Positions 35,885 to 49,809 of a DNA stretch of 64,000 bases are shown here, piece by piece. This DNA comes from Heptranchias perlo (taxonomy: Eukaryota): NCBI RefSeq assembly GCF_035084215.1, contig NC_090352.1, forward strand, positions 18,910,001-18,974,000, in the 5' to 3' direction. Under the pieces are notes generated by a model. The model made no database searches, was not told the origin of the DNA, and saw only the letters and a program-made list of their open reading frames with translations. Numbering within the stretch: the stretch's first letter is position 1; the number at the start of each line of letters is the position of its first letter. A program made the translations under genes and the position numbers.

Positions 35885-37944
35885 TTGTATAATCTCATTT
35901 GCCTTTTTCATGGCTTATTGGTCTGTATTCCCACCTTTGAAGATTTATTATCTACACCCCTAGATCTCTCTAGTCCTCCACTCTTGTGAAGATTACTACC
36001 ATTCAGTGTATGCTTCCTAGTCCCAGAATGTATTACTTCACATTTCTCAGATTATTGGGTAGATTTACGAGGAGCTTGGCACAAATTATATGGACCGTGC
36101 CATAATTTAACACAAAGGCATGTCATAGCTTTGGGTTACCAAATCATTATTTAACACTGAGCTTTAACATTGATCTTTGCATTTTGAATGTTTCTTCTTT
36201 TCTATTGGCAATGATCTGATAATACACTTGTTGGAAAATGGAAAGTCAGGTAAATCATTAGTGCGCAGATGGACACTTAGATGTTTTTTTAGAAACAGTG
36301 ACAGATAAACCTATTTCAATCTTTCACCCTTGAAATTGCTCATTTTGATTGCTAAGAATTTCACTGTAGAATTGAGAAAAAGGAACCATTTTATTGCACT
36401 GTTACAATAGACTGGGTAAAACCCCAAATGTGATAGGTTTAAATAGAATTTTATGAAGAGACATGTTTTCAAAAGCTTAAGCTCTCCTCTAGAAGCAATC
36501 GCCTGAGGGTACATATTACAGACTTATTTTACACAACATACATCAGACCTCTGATGATATCTTGCAGTGAAGAGAGACATTTGTAAAATGCTTTACTTTG
36601 CCTCCAGTCATCTTATGTAACACTAACTAGGATGTTACTTTGCTTTGAAGCTTGTGAGAGGTAGTTCTATGGGTTTTTCCCCCCTCCTTTTGAAAGTCTG
36701 CAACTTTGAGGTTGCAGAAATTGTTTCCTGGTGCAATAACTGTTGAAGCCAAACCGAGGAAAAGATTTTTATTCCAACGGGATTCTTTAGAATGCATGTG
36801 ATGGACAGAAGAGTTGCTTACAAACTAGTTTTGCATACAACTGAATTAGCTTCATTTATACTAAGTCACAATCAAATTGGGGCATAGTATAGCTTGATTT
36901 AGAATTGGATACTAGAGAATTTAGCTGAATGTGATACTGTAAACATAAGTTCTGAGGCCCAAAGTAAACAATTATACTTTCCACGAATTATCTGAGCCCG
37001 GAATAATGTTTTGGAAATGCACTTTGCTGAGTGCAGTGTAACAAATCATAATAGGCACACAGCCAGTGTTTATGTTGGACCCTTAGAAAAATTAAAGGGC
37101 AGATTTTTCTGCTCCACTCCCAGCCCAGATGCTGTGGAGGCAGAGCACACTTGAAGTGTATTTGTCTGTCAAGGACCCTGAGTGCCTGAATTTGGTGGGC
37201 TTGGTCATTAATATAGCACACCTTTTGCAGACCCGTCAGCTAAGGAATCGGCTGCCAACATCAGGCCTTCTGGTACCACAGGTCTCCACCCACTTTGTAC
37301 ATGTGGAATAGGTGTTCCCTGGGCCCCAGCCCCAGGAAAATGGGCCTCTATAAATTTATGTTTGGGTACATTGTTGAATTTGGGGGAGGAGCACATTTGA
37401 GCCTTGGGAGCTGACAGTTACTTTCACTGTGAAAATATATTCTATCCCACAAGTATTTCAACAATGAGAAGCTCTTCAGTCACTTAAACCTGAAAGGCAA
37501 TACCTTGGAGAGGTTTTGCTCTTAACAGAAATCACAGTCTATATGACTAAACGGACACTGTTTAAAGTGGGAAAAAACGTTGCCTCAAGCAATGAAATCC
37601 ATGGGCAGCTGAAAAGGAGTTGGTAATCTTGAATAAATTATCACACAGCCTATCTTCAGTGGTCTGGCTGCAAGAAGAAATGGATGCTGTCTAAATCCCA
37701 AAGGAGGTAAATGCTGAGATACAAAACCGCGTGCTGCAAAATATATTGTAATGCTCACATGGCCATAAAGTATGGAAGTAAATATCATATTATTGGTATG
37801 AGAATGGCTCTATAGAATGAGCAGACTGGTTACTTCAATTTTCCACCTAAAAATAGACACCAGGCGTTTGAACTTCCACAGGGGATCTCCCGATTGCCTG
37901 TCACAACTCTGGAAGAAGATCCGTGGGAACCCGGAGAAGCAGCA

Positions 37945-38042
37945 TCAAAGTCAATGGAAAGGAAAATTGTCAGGCTTTATAACAGGCGGCTGATTCATAA
38001 TCATGCGTTTTACTCCCTCCCGCAAAGTTGAATTTTACCCCC
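37945..38042. mobile_element. Right half of the hairpin MITE family seen at 50178 and 53586
   Basis: aaagtcaatggaaaggaaaatt...tataacaggcggctgattcat...gaattttaccccc. Confidence 0.55.
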
Positions 38043-38049
38043 ACTGTGA

Positions 38050-38567
38050 CTGGGGTGCCTTCAAAGAAACATCCAAGGAGGCATTAGTTGAACAAATAGC
38101 ATGGATGCCTTTGGCTGCAACTCGCCTCCGTTTCAATTCCACTTCCATGTCCCGAAGACCTGGGCACGGTGCTCCTGCTGCTCACCTCTTCGGCCACCTC
38201 CAGCCAAGCACTTTTGGTTGCAGAGCCACTTTTCTTCCTGCCATCCATTGGAAACATTACCTCTCTCCTGGCTCTCATTGCAGCCAGCGGTACATCCAGG
38301 GAAGCACCATTAAATCTAGGGGCAGCATTTGCTTTCCTGGACTCCATTTCTCCTTCAAAATCCATTGTTGCACAGGCGCTTTAAATAGTGGGCATTAAAT
38401 CATGTCATTCGGCTGCACAGCTTGGAGATGTGAAACCCGGAAACAAAGATAATAGCCTGCAATTGAGTTGCAATTGCAAATTTAAATATGCAAACTTGAC
38501 TTCCGGGTTCTCCTTGTGCAAATCCACCCACCCACTGAGTATCCGGCTCCAAGTTAAAATCCAGGCC
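38050..38567 (-). mobile_element. Truncated Harbinger with a Myb/SANT exon
   Basis: ORF 38084..38365 reads AAPRFNGASLDV...ATKSAWLEVAEEVSSRS. The terminus is aaaatccaggcc. Confidence 0.82.
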
Positions 38568-38730
38568 TTTAAGGGGAAGCTAGACAAGTACATGAGGGAG
38601 AAAGGAATAGAAGATTATGCTGATAGAGTGAGATGAAGTAGGGTGGGAGGAGGCTCGTTTGGAGCATAAACGCTGGCGCAGCCCAATTGGGTCGAATGAC
38701 TTGTTTCGGTGTTGTGAATTCCATGTAATT
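38568..38730 (+). mobile_element. CR1 3' tail fragment
   Basis: FKGKLDKYMREKGI plus a 3'UTR like that at 35470-35665. Confidence 0.8.
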
Positions 38731-39323
38731 CACCATATCTTCGTGATGCCATTGAGTCTGTGGTTCCCCCCTCCCTTAGGGAAGTGCTGCCTTCAGTGGT
38801 ACTGACTGTCAGAGTGAGGTATGTGAACCTCTGTCTGCATATGAGGGGTGTAGGTGTAAGTGGGTGGACACAGCGCATCTTAGATTCAACCTGGCATCCC
38901 TTCATAGGTCCTTCTCTTCTTCCAACCAAATCAGATTGGGGAATTCCCATTGGGAGACCCATTGGTGCCAGTAATGGTGCTGAATGGTAAACATAAATAA
39001 TTTACAACAGTTGGTACAGAGACTGATGAGTGCCAGTAAGGAAAAAAATAGTTAAGAAATGGCTAAAATATAGTTATTTTTATATATTACTGTATCCTTT
39101 CTATGCTCTCCAGAATACCCATCATTGTCTAGCAACCCTGCCTCAAGTGGGCAAGATTTACATTTGATATCCTGCACACCAGAAAAATGAAAAATAGCAT
39201 GCACGATGAACAAGTGTTTCTCACCCAAATTAATATTAAAATGAAGTGTCCACTTATTTGAGACAAGCACTTCTACTTTCACGACCTTGCCCTCCCCCCC
39301 CCACCCCCCAACACCGCGACCTC

Positions 39324-39598
39324 CATCCCCCTCCTGATCGGTCCCCTCGCCCGCTCGCCCACTTTCCGATCGGCCCCCTCTCCCAGTCATCCCCCTCCTG
39401 ACCGGTCCCCTCGCCCGTTTGCCCACTTCCCGATCGGCCCCCTCTCCCAGTCATCCCCCTCCTGATCGGTCCCCTCGCCCGCTCGCCCACTTCCCGATCG
39501 GCCCCCTCTCCCAGTCATCCCCCTCCTGATCGGTCCCCTTACCTGTTCATCCCCTCCCGATTAGCCCTTCTCTCCCGGTCGCCATCCTCCCGATCGCT
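39324..39598. repeat. C-rich tandem repeat, 64-bp unit (two 32-bp subunits), about 4.3 copies
   Basis: catccccctcctga recurs at 39324, 39388, 39452 and 39516. Confidence 0.92.
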
Positions 39599-39987
39599 TT
39601 CCCTTTTAAACACTTATCTGAGAACTGCCACCACTGACGCACCGGCCTGATATTGGAAGCCTCTTCCCCGACGAGCTGCCTGGTAATGCTCAGTAGGTGT
39701 CTGCAGCTCGCTGGTGATATTTAAATGAGGCCCGAGGTCCAATTTCAGGTACACCTGGGGCCTACCCATTCAGGAGCAGGGAACGTCAGTGCTGGAAAAA
39801 GAATTCACAGATCTGATAGCGATTACACTCAGTTAAAAGGAAAGGCTTATCGGAGATGAGAGATTCCACTCCGAATGGTTTCAGCTGGCTGGATGGCTGT
39901 CTAGAGTACATGAAAATTACTAAGTAACAAAGCTTGTGCCAGCCGTTTGCCTTAAGCTCTAACTAACCGCAAGGCATCCCCACCATC

Positions 39988-40485
39988 AGAGAAGGTTCAC
40001 TAGGTTGACTCCGGGTATGGAAAGATTGTCTTATGAGGAAAGATTGAACAGGTTGGGTCTATACTCATTGGAGTTTAGAAGAATGAGAGGAGATCTTATT
40101 GAAACATACAAGATTCTGAGGGGACTCAATAGGGTAGATGCTGAGAGGATGTTACCCCTCATGGGGGAATCTAAAACTAGGGGGCATAGTTTCAGGATAA
40201 GGGGTCGCCCCTTTAAGACCGAAATGAGGAGGAATTTCTTCTCGAAGAGGGTCGTGAATCTTTGGAATTCTTTACCCCAAAAAGCTGTGGAGGCTGAGTC
40301 ATTGAATACATTCAAGGCTGAGTTAGACAAATTTTTGATCAGCAAGGGAGTCAAAGGATATGGGGAAAGGATGGGAAAGTGGAGTTGAGGTAAAAATCAG
40401 ATCAGCCATGATCTCATTAAATGGTGGAGCAGGCGCGAGGGGCCGAATGGCCTAATCCTGCTCATATCCTTTATGGTCTTATGGT
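39988..40485 (+). mobile_element. CR1/HER1-type 3' fragment
   Basis: ORF 40005..40388 (LSYEERL...RGDLIETYKIL...VVNLWNSLP) and the tail ttatggtcttatggtc. Confidence 0.95.
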
Positions 40486-40699
40486 CGCCTGGAAATGGGC
40501 TGTTGATGCACCTGTTGCCTGGCACTCGTAGCTTCAATATCTCAGCTTCTAGTTGCAGTTCCCTCTGTATTGAATTACACCTTTATTGGATTGAATGATA
40601 AGGCAACAATGAAGTGATTGGAAATGTCTCCGTCTTTATTCCAAAAGTACATTCAGTAAATGACCATGTGATTTGATGTGTAGGCTGTAACTGTGCTCA

Positions 40700-40890
40700 G
40701 CTTCATTTTGTAAAACACTCTTGGGTTTAATGCATACAAGCCCTTTGTCACCCAAGAACCATCCTTATGGTTGGTCAGACTGCGCAAAGAGACACAAATT
40801 ATTATTAATGATGAAGAAATCACAATACTATTCTGTGCATCACAGATTATCTGCATGTCAAGGAAGTAGAATTCCTTTTGACTGACATAC
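40700..40890 (-). pseudogene. Harbinger transposase remnant
   Basis: KEFYFLDMQIICDAQN resembles KGFHSLNVQ.ICD. The reverse complement of ccctttgtcacccaagaaccatcc reads GWFLGDKG. Confidence 0.65.
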
Positions 40891-43269
40891 ACATTTAGTA
40901 TTTTAAAGGTCAGCTCTATTTTGAAGTACTGTACGTGAAATTAAGCAGTTCCAGCATCTTTTTGAAATCTAGTAGTTGAATAGAATTCCTGATGCCCTGA
41001 CAATTGCCAATCCTTTTTTGGGAAATACATGACACATGAACAATATCCCGTCAAAACGTTGATATCTTGTTTCGAATTTGCCCTTTCCCTGTGCCAGCAT
41101 AGTCTTCCCCAGCAGCTTGAAAGCACCCATTGTAAATAAATTCCAGAGCTGCTGTGACCTTCATTAGGACAAGAAAGGCAGTGAGATTAACAGAATTGTC
41201 CAAATCTAAAACTGTCAAATTAAATATCTCTATCATGATTTCCCTGGCCCCCACCCTACCTTTAATCTGAATTTCCTCACTCACAGATCAACTAAAATAA
41301 TTCATCCTTAGCCTATAAATCCTCTTATGTGGGTAGGTTCTGCAGAGTTACCTCTTCTCAATACTTGGACAGTCTACATCTCATGCTTGTGCTTAGAGAG
41401 GGCAAAGTGTACAGCGATCTGGATTAGGCGTTTTCTAAACTGGTAAAAAAGACAGACAGAAATTCTGCAGAGTGTTTAAACCTGCTTTATTTGAGCCTTA
41501 ATTCTGCATGCAGCAGAATGACGGAATTATATCGGAAAATCATGCCCAAAGTTGATGAGCTATGACCCTACATGGCTACCGGTTGGTAGGGAGGTGTCTA
41601 GTCATGATGCTCCAGGCATGATGAGCGTGGAGCAGGCTTGGTGGACAAGCTGGTCTTTTCCTGTATGTTCGTATGATCCCTAATATGTGGCTAAATTAGC
41701 AGCTTAGTCACTACGTGGAGAACATTTTCCATCCGATAAACGTAGGATGTAACATTTAGGGTCACAGATAAATGGCCAAACAAAAATTCAGACCAAACTC
41801 TATTTTTTGTGCCTGGAAGAAGTTGGGTACAGAATGTATTACCGGCTGAGAAGAAGCCTCCATCGTGTGTAGTTATAACAACAGGAAACATTTGGTGCTG
41901 GATTCTCCTGGGTGGGGTATTGCCAGTGAAGGACTTCTGCCCAACGCTATGGCCCTGTTATAATCCTATTCCCATTTTCCTGGTTTGGGGGGTCATTTCA
42001 TATGCAGGGTGGGCTGCTGGTGGGATCCCTGCCACCAAGAGGACATCTGCCACTGCCAATGTGGAGGGGAAGGAGGTCACTATTAGGCCCACTCCTTCAA
42101 TTGATCAACTTCAGTGATTTACTTTTGCTGCCCCAGGGCCAACCTTTCTCCGAGTGGTCCCTGGGGTCAGTGGAGAAAGCGGTGATAAAGTGGGAAACCA
42201 GCTGAGAAATGGGCCTCCCGTGCTGGCATATACCTGGGGGCAGGGCAACCAATCGCCCTTGTGGCCGGGTGAAGGGAAATCGAGGACCAGGTGGGAATCC
42301 AGTGGTAGGACTCACCGCCTATTTGTATCCATTTTCCGCTAATATCCAACCCAATTTCAGGCAGGATAGAGGAGGGAAATCCACTCGTTGATATTTAACT
42401 TATAAGTTTTTAATTTCTACCCATGGGACTGTTATAGTCAAACTCATGTGAAAATAAAAGGGGGCAGTTAGTATTTTTTGATACGTATGTGTTTATTGAA
42501 TTGACAAATAGCTGTGATTAAGAATGGGACAGTGATAACATCAATCACTTTCATGTCAGGCTTGGCACAGTTCAGGTGCAAAGAAGAGATTCTCCCTGCG
42601 TGTTCGAACAACTCCTTTTGACCTCAGCCTCGGAAGAGACTTCTCTGTTGTGCCAGTGTGATATTTCCACTCATCACATCCATTACGCTGATGGTCTCTG
42701 TAGGAGAGAGAATTCCAATCAATTCCCAGACACAGAAATCCTTTAACCATCTGTTTGAGTTGGATTCAAGCCTAGTTCTAGAAGGGATTGGAGAGCATTT
42801 TGATACACCGTGGCCAATTTTCGGCAGCCATATACCACCAGCAGGGACTTAAGCTCAGCAAAGGAATCAGAAGTATGGCCAGAGATCGTTCCCATAGGAC
42901 CTCTGCCCATTCAGAGCGGCCCAACAACTACCATTCGGCTGGGACATTTGTGCAGGACGCTTATGCCCAGCACGTGAGAGCTTCATTTAAATATTATAAT
43001 GACCAGCTAATATACTTAAAATAACGCATGCATAGATTCCTGACTTTTGTGCTGGGAACATGATGTGCACTCCGGCTGCCCATAGAAAATGGACATTGTA
43101 GGTTGATGGTTGCTGACAGAAAGTCAGCATTTGAAGGGGAGCTGTCATTTGCTGTTAAAAATGGTTTTTGGAGGCTTCAGAAAAAGAACTTGCTGCTTTT
43201 AGTATATTTATTTCTGGCCACTTTTTTTTGTGCAAATCATGATAACACTGCCATTTCCTTTGGTGTGAT

Positions 43270-44200
43270 TTACACTTTCATCATGGGTTTCCTTAGTGGA
43301 ATCCTGTTGTATTTATGTTATTTAGAGGAAGAAGAGGTGGAAGAAAGGAATAATGCCAGGAAGGTGAGGTTGCACCAGGGACAGATAGACGAACCTGCCA
43401 GAGGCTACTAAAGTAACCACAGCACTCAACGTTTACACATCAGGCTCATTCCAAGGTCCTACAATATCAATCAATGTACAGTGTATAGGTGATTGTACAG
43501 GTGACCAATGGTTTATTTGCTAATGCAAGCAATAATATCACTTCCCCCATGGACAACCAGCAAAAGTATGAGAGGGCTTAGGATGTTTTCAAAATGGCAG
43601 TGTTCCCCCAAAGTGCAAGGTGCCACTGATCGCACCCACGTTCCTGCACACAACAGTCACACCTTCATGCACTACAAGGGCTACAGCTCCATCAACACTC
43701 AGTCCGTATGAGACCAACAGCACTGGATCATACAGGTCAATGCCCACTTCCAGGCAGCAATCATGAAGGACTGCCTTAATAATTGCCTCACAAAAGAAGA
43801 GTGTATGGTTAGTTTCTCGCAGACCAAGGATAACATCTTGAGCACTTGCTAATGGGTACCTCTATAGCCACCTGTGAACAGATGCCAAGTAGAGATACAA
43901 TGAGGTATCAGCATCATTATTCAACTCAGCATTCACACCTGGAAACAGTGCTTCCAATGCCTTGACAGCTTATGGGGCTTCCTACTTTATAGTCTGGCAA
44001 AGATCTCCAGGATGACCACGGTCTGCTACATGTGCCAACAACTTCACAAATCTAAGAAACATAAATATAGAGCAGAGGAGGAGAACAATCAATCGCTGCA
44101 GGCAGGAAAACAAGACGAGCCAGAAGTTCCTGCTCCTGAAACATTTATTTAGGCTGCACGAGTGGTAAGCAAGGCTCTCACTGAGAAGAGTATCTCCTAA
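43270..44200 (+). pseudogene. Highly decayed Harbinger transposase
   Basis: PKVQGATDRTHV resembles P.VQGAIDCTHV, and YKGYSSINTQSV resembles RKGYHSINVQ.V. Decayed NEV and CYMC..LH segments follow, then an acidic tail. Confidence 0.7.
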
Positions 44201-44854
44201 GATTCCATTTCAACATTGTATTAACCAAGCCCACTTCATCTTCACCATATCCTCTCCAAAAACACCTTCACTTACATTTTCTTTACCAACAAATAAAGTA
44301 CCAAGGATTCCATTCCTGTCAGTTCAGGATCCATTGTGCTACATCATGTCACTAACATGCTCTGCACATGGCTGAACTACAGCACAACCACATTTTTATT
44401 CACTAAATGTGTGTGTGCACAAGCACCAGCTGTTTACACTCTTCTCAGTGCTTCCTTTTGATGACACATTATGGCATGTCTCCTCTACATCCTAACCTCC
44501 TGCTCCTTCTAGGTACTACCCTCATGGCAGGAATTAATGAGTTAACTGAGTGCTTTGTCTGAATAAGAGTCACTTGGAAGTAACGTGATCCTCTAACTCC
44601 TTGAGCTGAGTCATAGATGGTCCAACTACTTGCTCCGCCATGCCCATGGTTGCATATGCTGCTTTGTCCTGCATGCTTGCTATCATTTGCATGGTCAGTG
44701 GAGTGGGGTGGCTTGATGGTGTGGATGCACCTTCATCTGTGCTCAACCAAGCTCTGAGCAAGGATTCTATCGATCTGATCTCCAAGCATTCATGAGAGAT
44801 GCACTGACTAGGAACATAGGTGCGGGAGTAGGCTGTCCGGCTCCTCGAGTACCT

Positions 44855-45160
44855 TTCTAGGCACTTACCTGCAGTCTCGGGCCGTCTCACCTCCTTTCAC
44901 GAGGCGTAAAACAGAAGGCCTGGGAATTCCGGCCCCCTGGGGTTGAATTGGGGAATTGGCTACATTTGGAGGCCTTCTTGAAAGGTTTTAAGGCCCGACC
45001 CGCCTGCCGGGAGCGGGTTGGCTGTCCGCCCCTCATCCTGCCCCCGTGAAAACTGGAAATGGGTGGGTTGGAGGCGGTTTGGGGGCGTGTCTGAAATTAT
45101 GGCAATTTTCAATGCCCCCCGCTCCCATTCCACCCGGTTTTTACTTTGAAAATCGAGCCC
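44855..45160. mobile_element. GC-rich Harbinger-type MITE fragment
   Basis: Ends in aaaatcgagccc. The reverse complement resembles the start of the 1001 and 30198 elements. Confidence 0.6.
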
Positions 45161-46715
45161 TCTGTCTCCTGCTGCTCAACCAATTTCCTAACCAGGTCAA
45201 TAGTTTTCCCTCAATTCCATGAGATTTGACTTAAGCTAACTATCTCCTATGAGGGACTTTATCGAATGCCTTCTGGAAGTCCTTATAAACAACATCCATA
45301 AACATTCTCCTGTCCACTACCTTAGTCACCTCTTCAAAACATTCAACCAGGTTCGTCAGGCATGACCTACCCATTACAAATCCATGCTGGCTCTCTCCGA
45401 TCAGCTGAAAATTTTCAAGGTGTTCAGTCACCTCTCTCACCTTTCTTAAATAATGGATAACGTGTAATTTTCCAATCTAAAAGAGTGGTCCCTGAATCGA
45501 GAGAACTTTGGAAGATTATAGTTAGGGCATCTGCAATGTTTTCACCTACTTCCTTTAAAATCCTGGAATGGAAAACATCTGGTCCTGGGGATTTGTCACT
45601 CTTTAGTGCCATTATTTTCTTCATTACTGTTAATTTACTTATGCATTAATTATGGTGAATCACCATCCCTGTTTTAAAATTAGTTTCCTTGGGGTGTCTG
45701 GCATGCTATCCTCTTCCTCTATTATAAATACTGATGCAAAGTAATTATTTAACATGTCTGCCATTTCCTTATTTTATAATATCACCATTATCAGTTTTTA
45801 AGGAGCCCACATTGCTCTTGACCACCCTCTTTTTCCTAATATAATTGTAAAAAATGTTTGTGTTGATTTTGATATCCCTTGCAAGTTTTTTTTCATACTC
45901 CCTTTTTGTAGCTCTTAATATCTTTTTTGTCACCCTTTGCTGTTCTTTGTATTTCTCCCAGTCGCCAGAATCTGTGATTTTTTTTGCATTTTTGTCTGCT
46001 TTTACTTTTAGTTTTATGTTGTCCCTTACCTCTTCTGTTGTCCACAGCTTTTTTTTTGGCAAGTAGATCTCTTGCCCCTTAGGGGTATAAACTGGTTCTG
46101 TATCATGTTAAATTATTTTTTAATCATCTCCCACTGATCTTCTGTCTTTTTACCCATTAACAAATTTGCCCAGTTTACTGTGGACAGTCTCTGTCTCATC
46201 CCATTGAAGTCGGTCTTAGCTAAATTTAGAATCTTAGTAGCTGGTACGGGTTTCTCCCCTTCAAACACTACGTTGAACTCGATCATATTATGATCATTAT
46301 TAAATAAATTTTCATGCACCATTAGGTTGTTAACTAAATCTGGCTCATTATTTATTATTAAATCTAAATTGGCCTGTCCTCTTCTTGGTTCTGGGACATA
46401 TTGTTGCAGAAAGCTGTCCTGAACACACTCAAGAAATTCGTTACCTTTCTGATGCGCTCGTCTGCTTATCCCAATCTATATGAAAGTTAAAAATCCCCCA
46501 TTATAACCATTCTGCCTTTGCTACATGCTTGTCTAATCTCTGCATTTATACATTCTGCCACTTCACAGCTGCTACCAGGGGCCTATACATAACTCCCACT
46601 ACAGTCTTAAATCCTTTTCTATTTCTTAATTCTACCCATAAGTTCTCCACTGCCTGCTTACCTCTCATTATGTCCTCTTTTATCATTGAAGTAATTTCAT
46701 CCTTAATCACTAAAG
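45161..46715 (-). mobile_element. CR1 ORF2 fragment (endonuclease, linker and RT), decayed
   Basis: ORFs 45240..45440 (QHGF, DFQKAFDKVPH), 45424..45624 (KSPGPD) and 46113..46322 (DHNMIEF). Confidence 0.9.
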
Positions 46716-47399
46716 TTTTTGAGGGTAGAAGTGAGTGACGTTAGATGCTGCGAGGTGCAGGCCTTGTCTCGCTCACTGGGCTTTGGCATAGACTTCTGAG
46801 TACATCTAGAGAAGAGAAGAGGAACATAAGTTTTAATGCTATCATTAAGGCAACCCTGCAAATATAGCTGCAGAATAAGTCATATGGCATCGTACTTGAG
46901 CGTATATTTTGGCGGGTGAATAGGTTGAGATGGAAGAACTTGAGAAACCATAGCAACCCTGAGTTGAAGGGAGGCCTCCCACTTTACTGTCAGCAATTCT
47001 GTCAATGCTGTCTTGACCAATGATCTGAAGGATGATGTCCTGAAGATTGCTTTGTGCTCTCATGTTGAGGGCCTTCATCCTTTCCAGTCTTTTCTCTCCT
47101 GTTGTCTGCAGCATCCAATCAGGTGCATGCTTATGCTTTCTGTTCAGGCCCAAAAATCCAGCCTGTCATCCATCTAGTCACAGAGATATTTTTGTCCTTT
47201 TTTAATAACTGGTATTTTCACTGTTTCATCCTCAGTACAGTGATGCTAATAGAGGGCACTCAGTAGAAGACCTCAGATTAATTGGAGCATTCGTGCACTC
47301 CTTGCACTAAAAATCAGCACAAAACAATCCCAGTGAAATATAACATGATTTTATACTGTCTCTCCTTCCTTATGTTATCTGCAGACTTTTAAGATATAA

Positions 47400-47800
47400 T
47401 AAAGACTAATATTTATATGAACCTTATCATTATCAATGAGAAGCATCTGAAAGTGCTTCTCACCAATCACCTTTCAGCAGTTATTATGAAGGCAACATGA
47501 AAACCAATTTGTGCTTAGCAAGATCCTGCAGATAGAATGAGATGAATGATCAGTTAATCTATTTTTGCTGATATTGGTTAAGGGATGAATGTTGCCCAGG
47601 ACATTGGGAGAACTCTCTGATCTTCTTTGAATATTACTACAGGATCTTTAATATACATCTAGGCAGCAGGTGCAGCCTTAGTTTAATATCTCATCTGAAG
47701 AACGTCATCTCTGACAATGCAGCATCCCTCAATAATGCTCTCCCAGCTTAGATTATGTGCTCGAGTTCTGGAGTTCAATTTAAACCCACAATCTTCTGTC
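47400..47800 (-). mobile_element. Old, decayed SacSINE1-like SINE
   Basis: Diverged reverse complement of 26327-26785 (tattggttaagggatgaatgttgcccaggacattgggagaactc). Confidence 0.7.
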
Positions 47801-49809
47801 AAACCACACCTAGTCCGAATGCATTATCTTAAGCAGGTCCCCTCTACTTTGTGCACTAATTCCAGTCAGCTTTAACTACAACCTGTCCTGCATTGATAGC
47901 TCTAAACTCTTCCCTGTTCCCTCTTCATCCCCTTGATAGAGGATATAATTGTTAAGTTGTGGGACTCACCACAAAATATTCTGCTGCCTTCTCAAGCATA
48001 AATTAATCTAAGAATAGTACTAGACTGATGGTTATGACACTTGTGGAGTAGAAAGATGGTATTGTAGGCATGGTAAGAAGCAAACCAACTTGCACCCCTG
48101 AAAAGTATAATATTCTTTGTCAGCTGGGTGTCTGATACGCACAGAAATGCAGCACCATGTTTAAGACACCCTCAGATGTGGAGAGTTGGGGAAATAAGGT
48201 CTTAGACCTTTCCTAGTGAAGGCTCAAATACATTTATTTATTCTTCCATGATCACTAATCCCTTTTGGCTAATTCTCCTATTTCAGTTTTTCTCATCTAA
48301 GGGCCTAGGCGCTATGCTAGGACTTTGCATCCTCTCTGGGACTGGTTGGGAAGGGAATGAAGAACAGCTTATCTGGTGAGACAAGACTTGTCTCCTGTAT
48401 CCTGTTTCATGAAAAGGAAAAGCAGAAACACAATTTCATTTCCAATCTCTAATCTCACTTTAGCGTTGACTTTTATTGACACCATAGGATTTTAGGATTG
48501 TGCTGTATTTAATCGTTTGAAGGTATCCCAGTTCAATAATTAATTTTGTTGTATGAGTATTCAGGTCACCAGCAACAGCTTAATGAATGCATCTCTTTGT
48601 CATACCAATGCCAAGTTTGTACAGCAGCGTCTGACTTACAAGGGACTTTTTTTAAGCTTTGTTCTATTGAGATTAAATGTTAAGAAGCAGTAGCACAGCT
48701 GTGTTTTACAGTTCGGAATATTTTTCTCATTGTTTATTAACCTTGTTGAATCAACTTATTGTTTATAATGGAGAATGACAAATAGTTTCATTTGAAAAGT
48801 AATGGGTTTATAAGCCTGTAGCTCTTAAGTGGTAAAAGAGGACAGATTACATTTTCCTTCAAGGCTAATCACATCATTCTGAATTATCCTTCCTGTTTCA
48901 ATATTCCTATTTCAAGTTGGTTGCTTCAAGCTAATATGTTAAACAATGAAGACCCCTTTGTTCATCAGACACTTAATTCAGCACTGATGTTGATGATTAC
49001 CTGCATTTATCATTAGATATTGTTTTTGTCTGCACTATATACATTAGTAATGGAATTGCAGGTGCAATCATTTAACATTTCAATGTTTAATCAACAAAGC
49101 ACACTTAATTTTCCTAATCAATAAAGTAGTGTTGTGAACTGGACATTTGTAAACTTCATTTTTGAAAATTTAGACTAATATTCTCCTGATATCATTCAAT
49201 GCATTCACATTATGAGTGGAGATCTGCCTAACCTATTCATTTATACGTGCTGGTATTCCAAGATTGCCTGTTCCACCTGGGATTAAACCAAGATGATTTA
49301 TCTTCCATTGTAGCTAAATCCTCCTCAGAGAACCTTTTCTAACTTTCCAATATTTAGTGCACTGTCTCTGTCTGACGCTTCACTTTAAAACCACAATGTA
49401 TCACTGGAAAACCTTTTTTTCTTTCATTCTCATGTGTCGACTTTTTAAAGGAGAACTCGATCACTATTAAACTATGCATGAGTCAGGTCTGCTTTTTGTA
49501 TCTGCCTTTTGATGTTGCTGGCAGATGAGCAAGAAGCTACATTACCTTTCTATTGGATGTGTTCATGTGCAGTATTGATGGTATCACTTCTCAGCTCACT
49601 CATCCTGCCAGCTGAAGGTTAAAGCAGGGAACAAAATAAACGCCTGGACCATTTCAATCCCATTTCTAGATATAGCAAATCAGAATATTATGGCTATGAT
49701 TTTCATGTCATAAAATAAATGTGCCTTATTGCCTCTAAGAAAAGATATTAATAGGAAATATCAGCCCCTTCATATATGAATGTTATTTCAAAAGGAAAAT
49801 GCTCCCCTG

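Noticed and set aside
42556-42750. Possible host exon (good minus-strand acceptor at about 42698, short ORFs)
   Set aside because: All frames stop before a convincing donor, and none of the peptides is recognisable.
46730-47165. Possible further Harbinger Myb remnant on the minus strand
   Set aside because: The resemblance is faint (IIGQDSID and a TIR-like aaaatccagcc), too decayed to support as a feature.
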